Assembly (NCBI RefSeq): GCF_028641065.1
Contig: NC_073406.1
Location: 13,764,001 to 13,828,000, forward strand
Direction of reading: 5' to 3'
Source: Leucoraja erinacea
Taxonomy: Eukaryota
DNA length: 64,000 bases
A program made the position numbers and the translations under genes. Shown in pieces: positions 12,034-25,025 of this stretch. The notes under the pieces are model-generated. The model was given only the letters and a program-made list of their open reading frames with translations, did no database searches and was not told the origin of the DNA. How positions within the stretch are numbered: the first letter of the stretch is position 1; each line of letters begins with the position of its first letter.

Positions 12034-12889
12034 AAAATTCCATGACCTTTTACTCAAATCGTTTCCTCTGCACAATAATTGTGCCTCACAAGTGGACACA
12101 GAGAGTCGGGGAAATCCCAGCCTATTTAGAAAAGGGAGCCATCATTGGGTTTTATACAGCTGGTTGGTTTATCCTGCAAACCTATGAGTGATATTCTCTT
12201 TGCCGTAGCCGTGGTCAAACACTCAGCCTCTGTTCATGTCTGCAAACAGTAGTACAAATATTTTTTTTCCTTCCTGTCATTCTGCGGGTCCCGTCCACTG
12301 TATTGGTCACACGCAGTGGAAAGTTGATCCTCGGCTCTCTGTGCGTGGCAAGGGGGGGGGGGGGGGGGGGGGGGGGAGAGTGGGAAACCAAGGAAACAAT
12401 CAGCCGCTTTTGTTCCTGTAAGCAGGACACAGCGCACTGGTATCACAGCTAAAAACTTAATCAGCTACCAGGAGACAATGCAGAATCTGGGAACTTAGCC
12501 CTCTGCCCCACCACCATTTTCTGAATACAACTGTGTACCCTTTCACTCAGCAAACCAATTTCACCTTTCCATTCGGGTCGTTCCACATTAATATGCAGTG
12601 CCAAAGTGAGCCTTCATGATGTCAATCTTTAGGCGAGAGACTGAACATTAATTTCCCAACGATTTGAAAAAAATTAAACACATGCCTTCAGGGGACAATA
12701 TACTTCAAAGAGCATTCAATTTGAAACCATTTGGCTTCACAGAAACAGAAATAAATCCAACTACATTGGCACCATATCTACATTTATGCAAATCTGATGG
12801 GAAGCAGATTCTTGACGAATCCAGCATTTCCCCAACTTCCATTGACTTCTGGTGTAATCCATATTGGGAGATATCTGTTTAAGGGCAGC

Positions 12890-13070
12890 TCTTCCAGATG
12901 CAAGCAGAGTGAGGCCACACACAAATTGGCAGAAGAACACCTCATATTCTGTTTGGGTAGATTACTATCCAATAGTATGAACATTGAATTATCCAAATCT
13001 AGATAACTACAAAACTCTTCCCCCCCCTTCCTTCTTCCCTCCTCCCTCCCCCCTCCCTATTCCACCTCCC

Positions 13071-13109
<39 letters not shown>

Positions 13110-13180
13110 TCCCCTGCCCCCCCCTGTCTGGACTCATTTCTATTTCTCCCCTTCCCTTCCACCTTCTTCCAGCTTTCACT
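12890..13180 (+). mobile_element. PLE GIY-YIG C-terminus and start of 3' UTR
   Basis: CKQSEATHKLAEEHLIFCLGRLLSNSMNIELS. Confidence 0.8.
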
Positions 13181-14009
13181 CGGAAATAGCTCTAACTGTT
13201 ACACTGTGTGGGTCAATATTTATTGCCCACCTCTATTTGCCTTTGTGAGGGTGATAGTGATCATTCTTGTAGTACCGTGGTGTGTTTGGTGAAGGGACTT
13301 CTACAGTTCATGATTAACACCCAGCAACACTTGGGAAGAACATGGAAATATTCCCAAGAGGGCAGGATGCGATTTGTAGGAGTGTGGGGAATGTTTGGTG
13401 CGGAAGGGAATGGGAGGAACTTCTAGGTTCACTTCTCAATGGAATGAAGCGGTGTAACAATTCAGTTCTATCCTTGTTACACCTTGGTGTATCATCAAAT
13501 CGTTCAGGGGAGAGCTTGTGAGGCAATTGGAAAAGACACCTGCGATAAACAGCTCAGTTCCAGCTGAAAGAATCCTCAGGATCTGTACATCTGAATCTTT
13601 AATCATACCCTTGAGTTGCTTTATCATATGATTAGATCCATATAATGTTGTATTCCCAAATGTAAACACTGACTGTTTTTAGGAGGAACTGATATTACAG
13701 TATCTGAGGGTAAATCTCATGCAGATTGAATCTTGAAACATCTAATTATTTTAATGCTCACATGGTGTAATTTCAATGCCAAGTTGATAGACATGGAGAC
13801 ACAGCACAGAGCTCACACAACGATTACTACTGCACAAAGCAGACATTCATCTTTTCTTCAAGTGTTTATCTAATTCCCTTCTCGTAAAAGTTCACAAGTA
13901 TCAGCAGCACCACCCTTGTTGCTTGCAGTTTGTGGGGGGAAAACTCAGATCACTTCAGTTCTTTTAGGCTTATCTTAAAACTTCTATTGCCTTGCTTCTA
14001 TGATACATT

Positions 14010-14292
14010 AGGAATCTAGGATGAGGATTTAAAAAGAATCAGTGGGGTAACTTTTTCACACAAAGGGTGGTGGGTGCATTGAACAAGCTGCCAGAGGAGG
14101 TAGTTGAGGCAGGGACTATCCTAACATTTAATAAACAGTTAGACAGGTGGATAGGACAGGTTTGGATGGATATGGGCCAAATGCAGGCAGGTGGGACTAG
14201 TGTAGCTGGGACATGTTGGCTGGTGTGGGCAAGTTGAGCCGAAGAGCCTGTTTCCACGTTGTATCACCCTATGACTCTCTATCTCTATGACT
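14010..14292 (+). mobile_element. CR1 LINE 3' fragment
   Basis: GNFFTQRVVGALNKLPEEVVEAGT, CR1 tail. Confidence 0.85.
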
Positions 14293-14461
14293 AATGTCTT
14301 ACTATCCTTAATAATCTAGCAGGTATGAAATCACAGTTAAACAATTCTTATTCAGACTACTTGCTTCATTTATCCAGCTCTTCTGAAGTATAAGTTTTCA
14401 TTTATGACATTTTTCACATTGTTGTAAAATCCTTCCTAAAGTATACACAATATTTCCACAC

Positions 14462-14751
14462 TAGTTTGGTTTGGTTTTTAGTTTAGAGATACCGCTCAGA
14501 AATAGGCCCTTTAGCCCACCGAGTCCATGCCAGCCAGCAATTCCCACACGCTAACTCTGTCCTACGCACATTGGGGACAATTTACAATTATACCAAGCCA
14601 ATTGACCTACAAACCTGTACATCTTTGGAGCACCCGGAGAAAGCTCACAGGGAGAATGTACAAACTCCGTATCCATAGCACCCATAGTCAGGATTGAACC
14701 AGGGTTTCTGATGCTGTACGGCAACTCTACCGCTGAGCCACAGTGTTACCC
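14462..14751 (-). mobile_element. V-SINE (HE1-like)
   Basis: Reverse head and tail with (TTTAG)n. Confidence 0.85.
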
Positions 14752-15004
14752 ACGCCCCACGTAGTTATATATTCTTCTCTACCACTGTGCACTGTGCACC
14801 ACTTCCACTCCAAAAAGGATTGCCATTCGGAAGAACTTTTGCATAAATGCTTTGCCAACTGATGTGCAGTTTGGGGGGCTGATTTTTACTTTGAATATTG
14901 GTGACATTTTCAGAGATTTCTCTTTATTTTTCCCTTCTTTCCAATTTCTTGACCATCTCCTCTTTTACTCTGATGTTGGAAGCCTTCCCACATTGTGGTA
15001 AGAT

Positions 15005-15730
15005 AAAACATAGAACACAGCAGAGAAACGGGCCCTTTGGCCCACAATGTTTGTGCCAAACATGATGCCTAGTTAAACTAATCCGATCTGTCTGTACACA
15101 ATCCATATCCCTCTATTCTCTGCAAGTCCATGTGTCTGTCTACAAGCCTCTTAAACACTGCTATCATATCTGCCTCCATCACCATCCGAGGCAATGCATT
15201 CCAGGACCCCAACACTCTCTGTGTAAAAAACTTGTCTCACGCATCTCCATTAATCTTTCCCCCCTCTCACCTTATAACCATGCCCTCTAGCATTGGGCAT
15301 TTCCACCTTGGGGAAAAATGTTCTGACCCTATCTATGGCTCTCATAATATTATATACCTATCAAATTTCACCTCAACCTCCGACATTCCAGAGAAAACAA
15401 TCCAAGACTATCCAACCTCATCCTGTTGCTGAAACCCTCTATTCAGCTAGCATTCTGGTTAACCTCAGTGATTCAGTGTGGAAACAGGCCCTTCGGCTCA
15501 ACTTGCCCACACCTGTCAACATGTCCCAGCTACAAAAATCCCACCTGCCCATGTTTGGTCCATATCCCTCCAAACCTGTCCTATCCATGTACCTGTCTAA
15601 CCTTTTCTTAAATGTTGAGATATGGGGCAATTGCTGGCAGATGGGACTAGTGTAGATGAAGCAGATTGGTCGGCATGGGCAAGTTGGGCCAAAGGGCTTC
15701 TTTTCATGCTGCATGACTCTATGACTCTAT
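15005..15730. mobile_element. Cluster of CR1 3' fragments (- 15005-15460, - 15470-15620, + 15622-15730)
   Basis: FFTQRVLGSWNALP-like reverse motif; three CR1 tails. Confidence 0.8.
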
Positions 15731-15734
15731 AACT

Positions 15735-15905
15735 GCAAAGATGCACAGGTTTGTAGACTAATTGGCTTGGTAAAATTGTAAATTGTCCCCAGGGTGTGTA
15801 GGATAGTGTTAGTGTGCGGGGGTCGCTGATCAGTGCATACTCGGTGGGACAAAGGGCTGTTTCCGCACTGTATGTCTAAACTAAACTAAACAAAACTAAA
15901 GAAAA
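15735..15905 (+). mobile_element. V-SINE 3' half
   Basis: caaagatgcacaggtttgtag...(CTAAA)n. Confidence 0.8.
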
Positions 15906-16299
15906 CTAAGACCCTAACTTGTGGGTTAGTAGTTCAGGTTGTTGGTATTGTTTCCTCTGACTTATCACCAGACTCAACAACAGACTTTATAATCATCCAC
16001 AAAGCAGCGAGCCTGTAATGAGATGCCAGTAATTTGGGAGTTAAATCATTCAGAGACTAGTTGGTATCTTATGGTTTATGTAATCCCTTTAATCCGATTA
16101 TAGTCTCCGACCTCACTAACAGGTACGGAAACACAAGAACACAGTGTCTTACTATAAGTGTACTGATCTGATCAGTCACAAGCTGGTCTTTCATGACTAT
16201 AAATCTCAAGCAAATCAGTAGATTTTAAAATTTAACTATTTGTGTGTGATCACTTGTTTTTACACTTGGTGTTGTCACTGCTGCTAGTGGGGTTAGTAC

Positions 16300-16556
16300 A
16301 GGGCCTGTCCCACTTGGGCGTCATTTGCAGGTAATTTACGCTATATCATTTACGCATCATTTACGTATCACGACGCACGACGCGCGCATCATGCCGCGCA
16401 CGTGATACGCGCATGGTGCGCATTACGTGCACATGGTGCGTGATGACGTAGGCAGTGACGCGCAGTTGCGCATGGCACCCCAGGATTTTGGAATGTACAA
16501 AATCTTTGCGCGCCATCTTCGTGACGCGCACATGACGCCCAAGTGGGACAGGCCCT
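16300..16556. mobile_element. CpG-rich PIF/Harbinger-type MITE
   Basis: Perfect 25-bp TIR AGGGCCTGTCCCACTTGGGCGTCAT / ATGACGCCCAAGTGGGACAGGCCCT; flanks TAC and TGC. Confidence 0.85.
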
Positions 16557-17053
16557 TGCCTCATATGCAGGATAATTCCGAGTGGGTTTCCTTGCATTCC
16601 TTCTGATCTACAACTTGGCTGACTGCTTTGACAAGTTTCAGGGAGAATGCAGTTTAGTACGAGGAGCAGCGATTTTGTAGATCGAGGGAATTGTTGCAGG
16701 AGGGAGGTTGGGGGGTTACAGACACTGGAAGCAAAAAATTGTGTTGGATGCAAATTGGTGGTGGGTGGAGGGTGATTAGGAGTGAAAACAGGAATTACTG
16801 GAGTCATTCTGCATGTCAGGCAGCATCTGTCCACTGCATGTCAGGCAGCATCTGTGGGAAGAGAAACACATTTAACATGTCAGGTTGAAGAGCAACTACT
16901 GAATGCAGATGCAGGAGTGGTGGAAGGTGTGGACCAGTGGACTCTGTTTGTGCTCTGCCCAGTGGGTGCAGAGGTATGGAAATAGATGAGATGTGGTCAA
17001 GGACTTTGTCCGCTATGGTGGTAAAATTGGAGCGTCATACAAAAGCCACATTA

Positions 17054-17514
17054 GGAGCGGCACGGTGGCGCACCGGTAGAGTTGCTGCCTCGCAGCGCCA
17101 GAGACCCGAGATCGATCCTCGCTATGGATGTTGCCTGTACGGAGTTTGTACGTTCTCCCTGTGACAGCATGGGGTTTCCCCGGGTGCTCCCGTTTCCTCC
17201 CACATTCCAAAGATGTACAGGGTTGTAGGTTGTGTAGGAAGGAACTGCAGATGCTGGTTTAAATTGAAGGGAGACACAAAATGCTGGAGTAACTCAGCGG
17301 GACAGGCGGCATCTCTGGAGACAATGAATGGGTGACGTTTCGGGTGTCGACCCTTCTTCCTTTGTTTGGTTTGTAGGTTAATTGGCTTCTGAAAAAAAAT
17401 TGTAAATTGTCCCTAGTGTGTAGGATAGTGCTGGTGTACAGAGATCGCTGGTCGGTGTAGACTCGGTGGGCCAAAGGGTATGTTTACCGTGCTGTATCTC
17501 TAAACTAAACTAAA
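17054..17514 (+). mobile_element. V-SINE interrupted by a - strand PLE module (17232-17367)
   Basis: SINE head 17054, V-domain about 17190; GG(G/T)TTGTAGGTT repeated at 17220-17231 and 17368-17379 around the insert. Confidence 0.85.
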
Positions 17515-18529
17515 TCACAGGGAGAACATGCAAACTCTGCACAGACAGCACCTAAGCTCAGTATTGAAGCTGGGTTGCTGAAGCTGTGGTGCAATGATTT
17601 TATTCCAGATTTCCTCTGGACTTCCTTCCACACTTCAACACATTTTGCCTGTTCTCAATCAAATAGGATACTGAACAATTCCTAATCTAATAGGTCTTTA
17701 TTATATTACTAACATTTCAAGAAATAATGAACTATGTTTTTCAGACCAAATCTTGAAATGCATCATTATTCAGTATGTTGGGAGTCAACTTTGAGTTTAT
17801 TATTCTTTTCTTGCCATGTTTCTTTATTTTATGATGTTTAAACTTCCAGAAAGATGAAATATCTTAATTCAGTGCTCAGACAAACAGAAATTCCCCTTAT
17901 TTTTCCGTCTTGCTAATGGCCAACTGTGTGTGTCCTGGGCTTGATGTTGTTATATGTGGCATACCTGAAATACAGCTCTAATCTTCAATGAAAGACTTTC
18001 AGTTCTGGCTGACACAGAATACACCCTGCTTTATAGCAAAGTATATCGCAGACTGCTTTTAAATGTAACAATGTAAGCTGGGAAGCTGCAGCTTTCAAAC
18101 TCCACTTTCACCTTTGCCGCCAAACCCACACAGGTCCTTTTTGTTTTCCCTCCTGATCTATAACTGGATTAGGTTTCCAGTATCGCTTTGTAAAATTCAA
18201 ACCTTTACCACACAAGCAGAGCCTTCTGAAAGGGACACCTGAATCCATTTGACTCCTCTAAGTTCAACAGCAGACAAAGTGTTTGTGTAAATTAGCTGGG
18301 TCACGAAGAAACTCTTTCAGCCAAAAATGGTGTCTGTACTTCACCTCCATCTATCCAGGCCAACTTGTCTTTGAGTTGCTTCAGCAAATGGTTGTGCTTT
18401 TGCTGCTGTCTGCTTGGGGTCGTTCGGTAATGATCTCCCCTCCAAGTCTAGTAGATTTGAACTTAAACAACTCTTCAAAAATCGAACAAGTAATTTGGCT
18501 GATACTCCAGTGAACAAGTAAACAAACTG

Positions 18530-18745
18530 CTGTAGGAAGAAACCGCAGATGCTGGTTTAAAGTGAAGATAGGCGCAAAATGCTGGAGTAACTCAGCAGGA
18601 CAGGCAGCATCTCTGAGAAGGAATGGGTGATGTTTTGGGTCGGGTCGGGTCTGAAGAAGGGTCTCGACCCGAAACGTCACCCATTCCTTCAATCCGGAGA
18701 TGTTGCTTGTCTCGTTGAGTTAATCCAGCATTTTGTGTCTATCTT
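18530..18745. mobile_element. Head-to-head inverted PLE tail pair
   Basis: About 75-bp inverted arms flanking a hammerhead core. Confidence 0.85.
18647..18682 (+). ncRNA. Minimal type-I hammerhead ribozyme motif (PLE-type)
   Basis: GGGT-CTGAAGA-A-GGGTCTCGACCC-GAAAC-GTC-ACCC: intact core, helix II hairpin, palindromic ACGT in place of helix III, 4-bp helix I. Confidence 0.75.
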
Positions 18746-18949
18746 AAAGAAACTGCTGTGCCATTAATGTAAAGTGCAATGGTATAGCTCTTTTATGTGC
18801 AATAGAACATAGAACTGTACAGTACAGTGTAGAAAGCAACTGCAGATGCTGGTTTACACTGAAGATAGACATAAAATGCCAGATTAACTCAGCAGGTCTG
18901 GAGAAAAGGAATAGTTGTCATTTGAAGTCTAAACCCTTCTTCACACTAT

Positions 18950-19345
18950 GACCCTCTTTGTCTGTGCCAACCATGATGCCAATTTAAACATGACATCTGC
19001 CTGCACATGATCCATATCCCCCCCCTAATCCCCAGTCTATTTATGTGTTTGTTTAAATGTCTCTTAAATGTTGCTGTTGTATCTGCTTCCACCACCATCA
19101 CTGGCAACATGTTCCGGGCAGCTACTAAACTTTGTGTAAAAAAATCTTTCCTTGCAACTTTCTTCTTCTCACCTTAAAGTGTGTCTCCAATTCTCACCTT
19201 TAGTATTTAGCATTTCCACCACAGAAAAAATCTATCTTACCTATCTATGCCCTAAGCTTCTCAGGTTTTTATATACTTCAATCTACAGGTCACCCCTCAG
19301 CTTTAACATGCTCCAGATAAAGCAACCAAAGTCTGTCCGCCCTCT
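18950..19345 (-). mobile_element. Old CR1 3' fragment
   Basis: Reverse FFTQ..V.A.NMLPVMVVEADT motif. Confidence 0.75.
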
Positions 19346-19684
19346 CCTTAATTAATGATGCAGGGCACGACATACACGGTGACTCCTTTCTTCATTGCCA
19401 CACCTGTGATACTGGGAAAGCTGAGAATTATAGCTAGTAATCTGCGAGGAAAGGCAAAGTGTTCTTAACAAGGAAATGTAATAACATCGCTTAACACAAC
19501 ATAATAGCCAGAGATATGGTCATTAAAATGAGGGATTGAATCTGTATACTTAATTAGCTAAAATATTCAATTGCAACTGCACTATTTTAAAGGAGGACAG
19601 GGAGGATTCCCCAGTTTCATGGACAGTATTTATGCCTTATTCAAGAAAATGAAACACATTATGTGTTCAGTTGTTTTGTTCTTT

Positions 19685-19848
19685 AAAGTTTAGCGATACT
19701 GCAGGTAAACAGGCCCTTCAGCCCACCGAATCCCCGCCGACCAGCAATCACCCCATACTTTAACACTATCCTACACACTGGAGGCAATTTTACAATTTTA
19801 CCAAAGCCAATTACCGACATACATGTAAGTCTTTGGAACGTGGGAGAG
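19685..19848 (-). mobile_element. V-SINE 3' half
   Basis: aaacaggcccttcagcccaccga...ccaattacc. Confidence 0.8.
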
Positions 19849-19914
19849 TAAATGGACAGTAAACGGAGGAGCCATGGAGAGTGTTATAGAGCAGAGGGAC
19901 GGAGGCAGAAAGGT

Positions 19915-20880
19915 ATACCTGTAGATACATAGTTCCCTGAAAGTGGTGACAATGTTACTCAGGGCATGAAGCAGGCAATTGGCAAACTTGCCCTCATTGG
20001 GAAAGGTATTGATTACAGAAGTTGAGACATCATGCTACAGCAAACATTGGTGAGACCACGTTTGTAGTATTGTGTGCAGTTCTGATCATCCAACAATAGG
20101 ATGGACATCATTAAGTTGGAAAGGGTGTGTAAATGATCTGCCAGGATGTTACCAGGACTCAAAGAATTGAGTTATAAGGAGAGACTGGGACTTTCCCCTT
20201 GGTGTATAGGAGGCTAAGGGGTGACATTGTAGAGGTATATAAAAATTGTGAGAGGTATAGATAAGATGCATGGTCACAGTCCATTCCCCAGGGTGGGAAC
20301 AGCAGAACTATGCACCAAAGTGGCGCAGCGGTAGAACTGCAGCCTTTCAACACTAGAGACCTGAGTTTGATCCTTACTACTGGTGCTGTCTCTACAGAGT
20401 TTGTACATTCTCCCTGTGACTGCCTGGGTTTTCTCCGGTTTCCTCCCACATTCCAAAGATGTGCAGGTCTGCAGGTTAATTGGCTAATTAGGCTAATTAG
20501 GATGTGAAACTGAGATAACATAGAACTAGTGTACGGGTGATTGATGGTCGAAGCAGCCTCGGTGGGCTGAAGAGCTTGTTCCCACTGTATCTCTAAACTA
20601 AACTAAACTAAGTTAGAGGACATAGGTTTAAGGTGAAAGGGGGAAATTTTAATAGAGACCCAAGGGATCAGTTCTTCACACAGAGGGTCGGACATATATG
20701 AAATGAGCTGCTGGAGGAAAACGTTGGGGAAGATACAATAACAACATTTAAAGATGTGGATAGGAAAGGTTTACAGGAATATGGCATAAGCACCTTGAAT
20801 TTGGAGCAGCTCAACTATAAAACCCAGTTGACAAAGACAGGTTAGGCCGAAGGGCCTGTTTTCATGCTGCATGACCCCAT
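19915..20880 (+). mobile_element. CR1 LINE 3' fragment interrupted by a V-SINE
   Basis: LVRP.L.YCVQF, LERV, RRLRGDIVEVYKI, FFTQRV motifs; tail at about 20845. Confidence 0.85.
20311..20612 (+). mobile_element. V-SINE nested in CR1
   Basis: gtggcgcagcggtagaactgc head, V-domain, (CTAAA)n. Confidence 0.85.
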
Positions 20881-22396
20881 AACACTGACATGGGGAAGGG
20901 TACATGGTAAAGGACTGCACTACTGCCCACTCTCTCTACCTGTGTGCAAGGTATTGTGGTGCCCACAGTGGCCTCATCGGGCACCTCACAACCCACAGGA
21001 CGACATGGAAGTAACTTAACCTCAACCCTGAGGGACCGTTTAAATAGAGGGATTTATTACATTGCTTTAAATGAACTGCGTTACATCAGTTGCACAAAGA
21101 CGGTGAACACTTAAGGAGTTGCCACCAATTCCGCTGTCGTCAGATTTTCTTTTCCCGAAACCACCTACTGTGAGTCTGTATCACAAGGGCCTGTCCTTTC
21201 ACATGACAGCGGGTGGGGGAACCACACTGACAATCCAGCTGGTGAAGGGAAAGCAGACGATACACCTGAGATTCTGCGACGATTCTGTAGAACAGGGCAG
21301 TACATGAAGGAATTAACTGATCCCAGCCTTCGATATTTAAATTCAATTGTCCTTCCCTCTCTGAGTAAGGGAACAGATGCATGTGCTTCTACTCAGTGTA
21401 GAGGCAGCCCCAGGGCAGTCCACACACGCTACAGTTTTCAAAGGGACCTGAATCAACTGTTAGAATCTAGCATATGTCCCAAGGTCCTTGAACGAGGCAG
21501 GAGATGATACAATTCTAAACTAAAGTCTGTATCAAAACAGATGTGATTTGAGACCACATAGAATGAATATAATTACTAAACTCTTCTCCTGCTGAATAGC
21601 TACATGCAGATTTGACTGTGAGCCAGATCTCAATTTATTATGGGGGAGGTGGGACTTTTGCAGCCAGACAGGTTGCTTCTCTATGGGTCCAGGGTGTGGG
21701 ATATCCTTGTGAAGAGGTTTGCCAGTGACATTTGGCAGTGAGGTGAAAGCCAACAACAACTTTGGAAGGGAGGGGGCATTTCATAAATGAATGTAGAAGG
21801 CAGAAGAATGAGCTCATCAGAGAGAAGGGACAAAGGATATGGGAAATGGCAAGTTTTGGCAATGCTTGTGATTTAATGTACGTGTCTTGAAAATGAGGCG
21901 ATGAGCTTGGGGAGCAGGTAGACATGTGGGAGTACCACGCAGTTGCCATTACTGGAACCAGGGTTGAGGACGAACAATAAATAAAAATTTTAATTAAAAA
22001 CAAATGCAGATGCTGGAAAACCGAAGAAATCAGCAAGTCTGGGGGCATCTGCGGGAAGGTCACAGGCACGATACCTTTCCACAGATGCTGCCTGATTTTT
22101 TTCCCGGCATTTTCTGTTTCTATTGAACCTGCGATGCAACAGCTCAGCCCAAGCCTTCAAGAAATTGCGGAAAGTTGTAGCTGTAGCCCAGTCCTTCATA
22201 CAAACCAGCTTGTCCCCACCATCGACTCCATTAATACATCACGCTGCCACAGAAAAGCAACCAACATAATGAATCACCAAAGATAGACACAAAATTCTGG
22301 TGTAACTCACCCATTCCTTCCTGAAACTGGCCCACTCAGTTACTTCCTGGAGTAACTGAGTGGGACAGGCAGCATCTCTGGAGAGAAGGAATGGGT

Positions 22397-22463
22397 GACG
22401 TTTCATGTCGAGACCCTTCTTCGGATTCAATGAGTGACGTTTCGGGTCGAGACCCTTCTTCAG
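22397..22463 (-). ncRNA. Tandem pair of minimal hammerhead motifs within a PLE tail (22280-22465)
   Basis: Minus strand CTGAAGAAGGGTCTCGACCCGAAACGTC-actcattgaat-CCGAAGAAGGGTCTCGACATGAAACGTC. Confidence 0.7.
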
Positions 22464-22961
22464 TATACAAGAGGGGTGGAAGATTGCAACCTTCACGTGT
22501 TTCGACTAATGCAATCAAGTAGACGTGCACAAACAGAAGATCAAATAGAACAAGTTGTCCTACAACTTTAAGCTATGCATGCCACACGAAAGAAGAAGTA
22601 TACAAGAGAGAGTTTGAGCTAACGGAATCAAGTGATATGGGGTACGGGGTACTGATTTTGGATGATCAGCCATGATAATATTGAATGGCAGTGCTGGTTC
22701 GAAGGGCTGAATGACCTAATCCTGCACCTATTTTTGATGTTTCTATGCTAACAGAATTTAGAGAGATACAGCAGAGAAACTGGTCCTTCGGCCCATGGAG
22801 TCCATGCCAGCCATCAACTGGACCACTTTGGTCAGGTTAAGAGTTACAACCTCATGGCTCTACTTTACAGACATGGAGCATCTCAATGACTGGTCTCTTC
22901 CTGTGACTATCTTTCTAGGATCAGCTAAGAGGCAGAGAAAGAGGCAAAAGTCCTTTTTTTT

Positions 22962-23205
22962 AAAGTTTAGTTTAGAGATACAGTGCTGAGACAGGCCCTT
23001 CGGCTCACCGAGTCTGCTCCGACCAGCGATCCCCTGCACATAACACTATCTTACAATCGGGACAATTTTTACCAAGCCAATTAACCTACAAACCTGTACC
23101 TCTTTGCAGTGAGGGAGGAAACCAAATTTCTCGGAGAAACCCCATGCAGGTCACAGGGAGAACGTACAAACTATACAGACAAGCACACACGTAGCCCGGG
23201 TCTCT
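22962..23205 (-). mobile_element. V-SINE, 5' truncated
   Basis: (TTTAG)n, V-domain in reverse. Confidence 0.85.
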
Positions 23206-23859
23206 TTCCTTGGTGGAAGTTAATTGACCACAGTATGAAGAATGCTGCTTTCTGCATTGAAATGTGTTAACTACATTGTGTTTTCCCTGTATATAATTAA
23301 AGTGGCTGGATGAGTAAGTGAGATCTACTCTGGTGCAAAAGTATAGAATACACAGTTCATCATCCTCATGTACACTCACTCTCAATTAAAAACTGCTTCT
23401 GGAAATTTATTGCAAAATGCATACTGTGAATATTTAAAGGTCTACATCTGTTTGGTCTTGTTAGGTCTGCGTGTGTGTATTTAGCAAAACTGTTGAGTAC
23501 ACATTTTGTCTCATCGTATATTAGTGCATTTATTCATAATTAAGAGAGGAGGATATTGAGCTGAGTGGGCCATTATTCTTTTTACTATAAATAAATGTGC
23601 CATTAAAATTGTAGACATTAAATAACAACATTGGCTAATCAATTACTGCAGCACAGTGGAGACAGCAGAATAGATATGTTATGCATGTAAGGGGAGATAC
23701 AGGAACACTTGGGGTTGCAACTATACCAAAAGATGTCTTTATAATCCCAGAACATTTCAAAGCCATTTTCAGCTTATGTTTAAAATGCAGTCACTGCTCT
23801 AATGTAGAATGTTTAAAGCAATCTCCACCATCCTGGAAATTTAGTCTCAAAATTCTGCG

Positions 23860-24148
23860 TCACGGAGATGCATCAGTAGAGTCGCTGCCTTACAGCGCTT
23901 GCAGCGCCAGAGACCCGGGTTCGATCGCGAATACGGGCACTGTCTGTACATAGTTTGTACGTTCTCCCCGTGACCTGCATGGGTTTTCTCAGAGATCTTC
24001 GGTTTCCTCCCACACTCCAAAGACGTACAAGTATGTAGGTTAATTAGCATGGTGTACGTGTAAATTGTCCCTAGTGTGTTTAGGGTCGGTGCAGACTCGG
24101 TGGACCGAAGGGGCCTATTTTCTCGCTGTATCTCTAAACCAAGCTAAA
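23860..24148 (+). mobile_element. V-SINE (HE1-like)
   Basis: B-box ggttcgatc, V-domain, CR1-like tail. Confidence 0.9.
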
Positions 24149-24629
24149 AAGGAGGATATTAGAGTACATTCTGGACACTAGCATCATTTGCTTTGGTTAA
24201 AGACTATGGGATGTGATCAGTATGGTCTGGAGTACGTTAGCTGTACGTGTCCAGCCAAATGTGAGTGCTGTACATAGATACTCCTGCGGCATCTACAACA
24301 GATGGGCCGAGGATTAGTCAGTGCATCACTCATGAAAGATCAGCATGGCACAGGCATCTCCGAGGATAATCTGCACTCGGTTCACTTGCCCAACTTCAGC
24401 ACAAGGGGAGAACAAAAACAGCCAATAATAATCGCAACCCTATATCTTTTAGATAGGTAGCCAGGTTGAAGGTTTGCCAACTGCAGGAACATGAGCGAAG
24501 CTGGCGCTGATGAGATGGCTATTCACGTTCCTCAGGTGAATCGTGCAGTCAATGAAGGCATCGGCTGGTCCTGCTTCTTTCATCTTTAATTTTGTTTTAA
24601 ATTATTCGAGTTCCATACCAACTACCTAT

Positions 24630-24998
24630 CCAGTCAAGAGTCAAGAACGTTTTATTGTTGTATGTCCCACAACTGAACAATGAGATTCTTACTTGCAGCA
24701 GCACAATAGATATGTGAAGATAGTACTCTGTAAACGCCATAAATAAACAACAAACAAAAATATATTGCTTCAGTATATAAGAAACAAACAATAATAGTGC
24801 AAAGGCAAAAACAATTCCCCCACGTCTAGGTAGTTCAGAGCTTATTTGGAGGTTGAAGTGTTTAATAGTCGGATTGGTGTAAGGAAGAAGCTGCTGCTGA
24901 ACTTGAACATGATCAGTTTTCAGGCTCCAATACCTTCTTCCCGATGGCAGGAGTGAAATGAGAGTATGGCCAGGGTGGTGTGGGTCTCGGACGATGCC
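24630..24998 (-). mobile_element. Rex1/Babar-type LINE 3' end
   Basis: Minus strand DPHHPGHTLISLLPSGRRYWSLK. Confidence 0.85.
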
Positions 24999-25025
24999 AG
25001 TTTAGTTTAGTTCAGTTTAGAGATA

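Noticed and set aside
12984-13292. Proline-rich ORF
   Set aside because: Poly-C tract within a PLE 3' UTR
23860-23940. tRNA gene (also at the other SINE heads)
   Set aside because: A/B-box-like head continues into V-domain and CR1 tail; no full cloverleaf
24452-24534. Possible exon (ttttag ... ATG MSEAGADEMAIHVPQ / gtgaat)
   Set aside because: Weak donor, unrecognised peptide, no partner exons found
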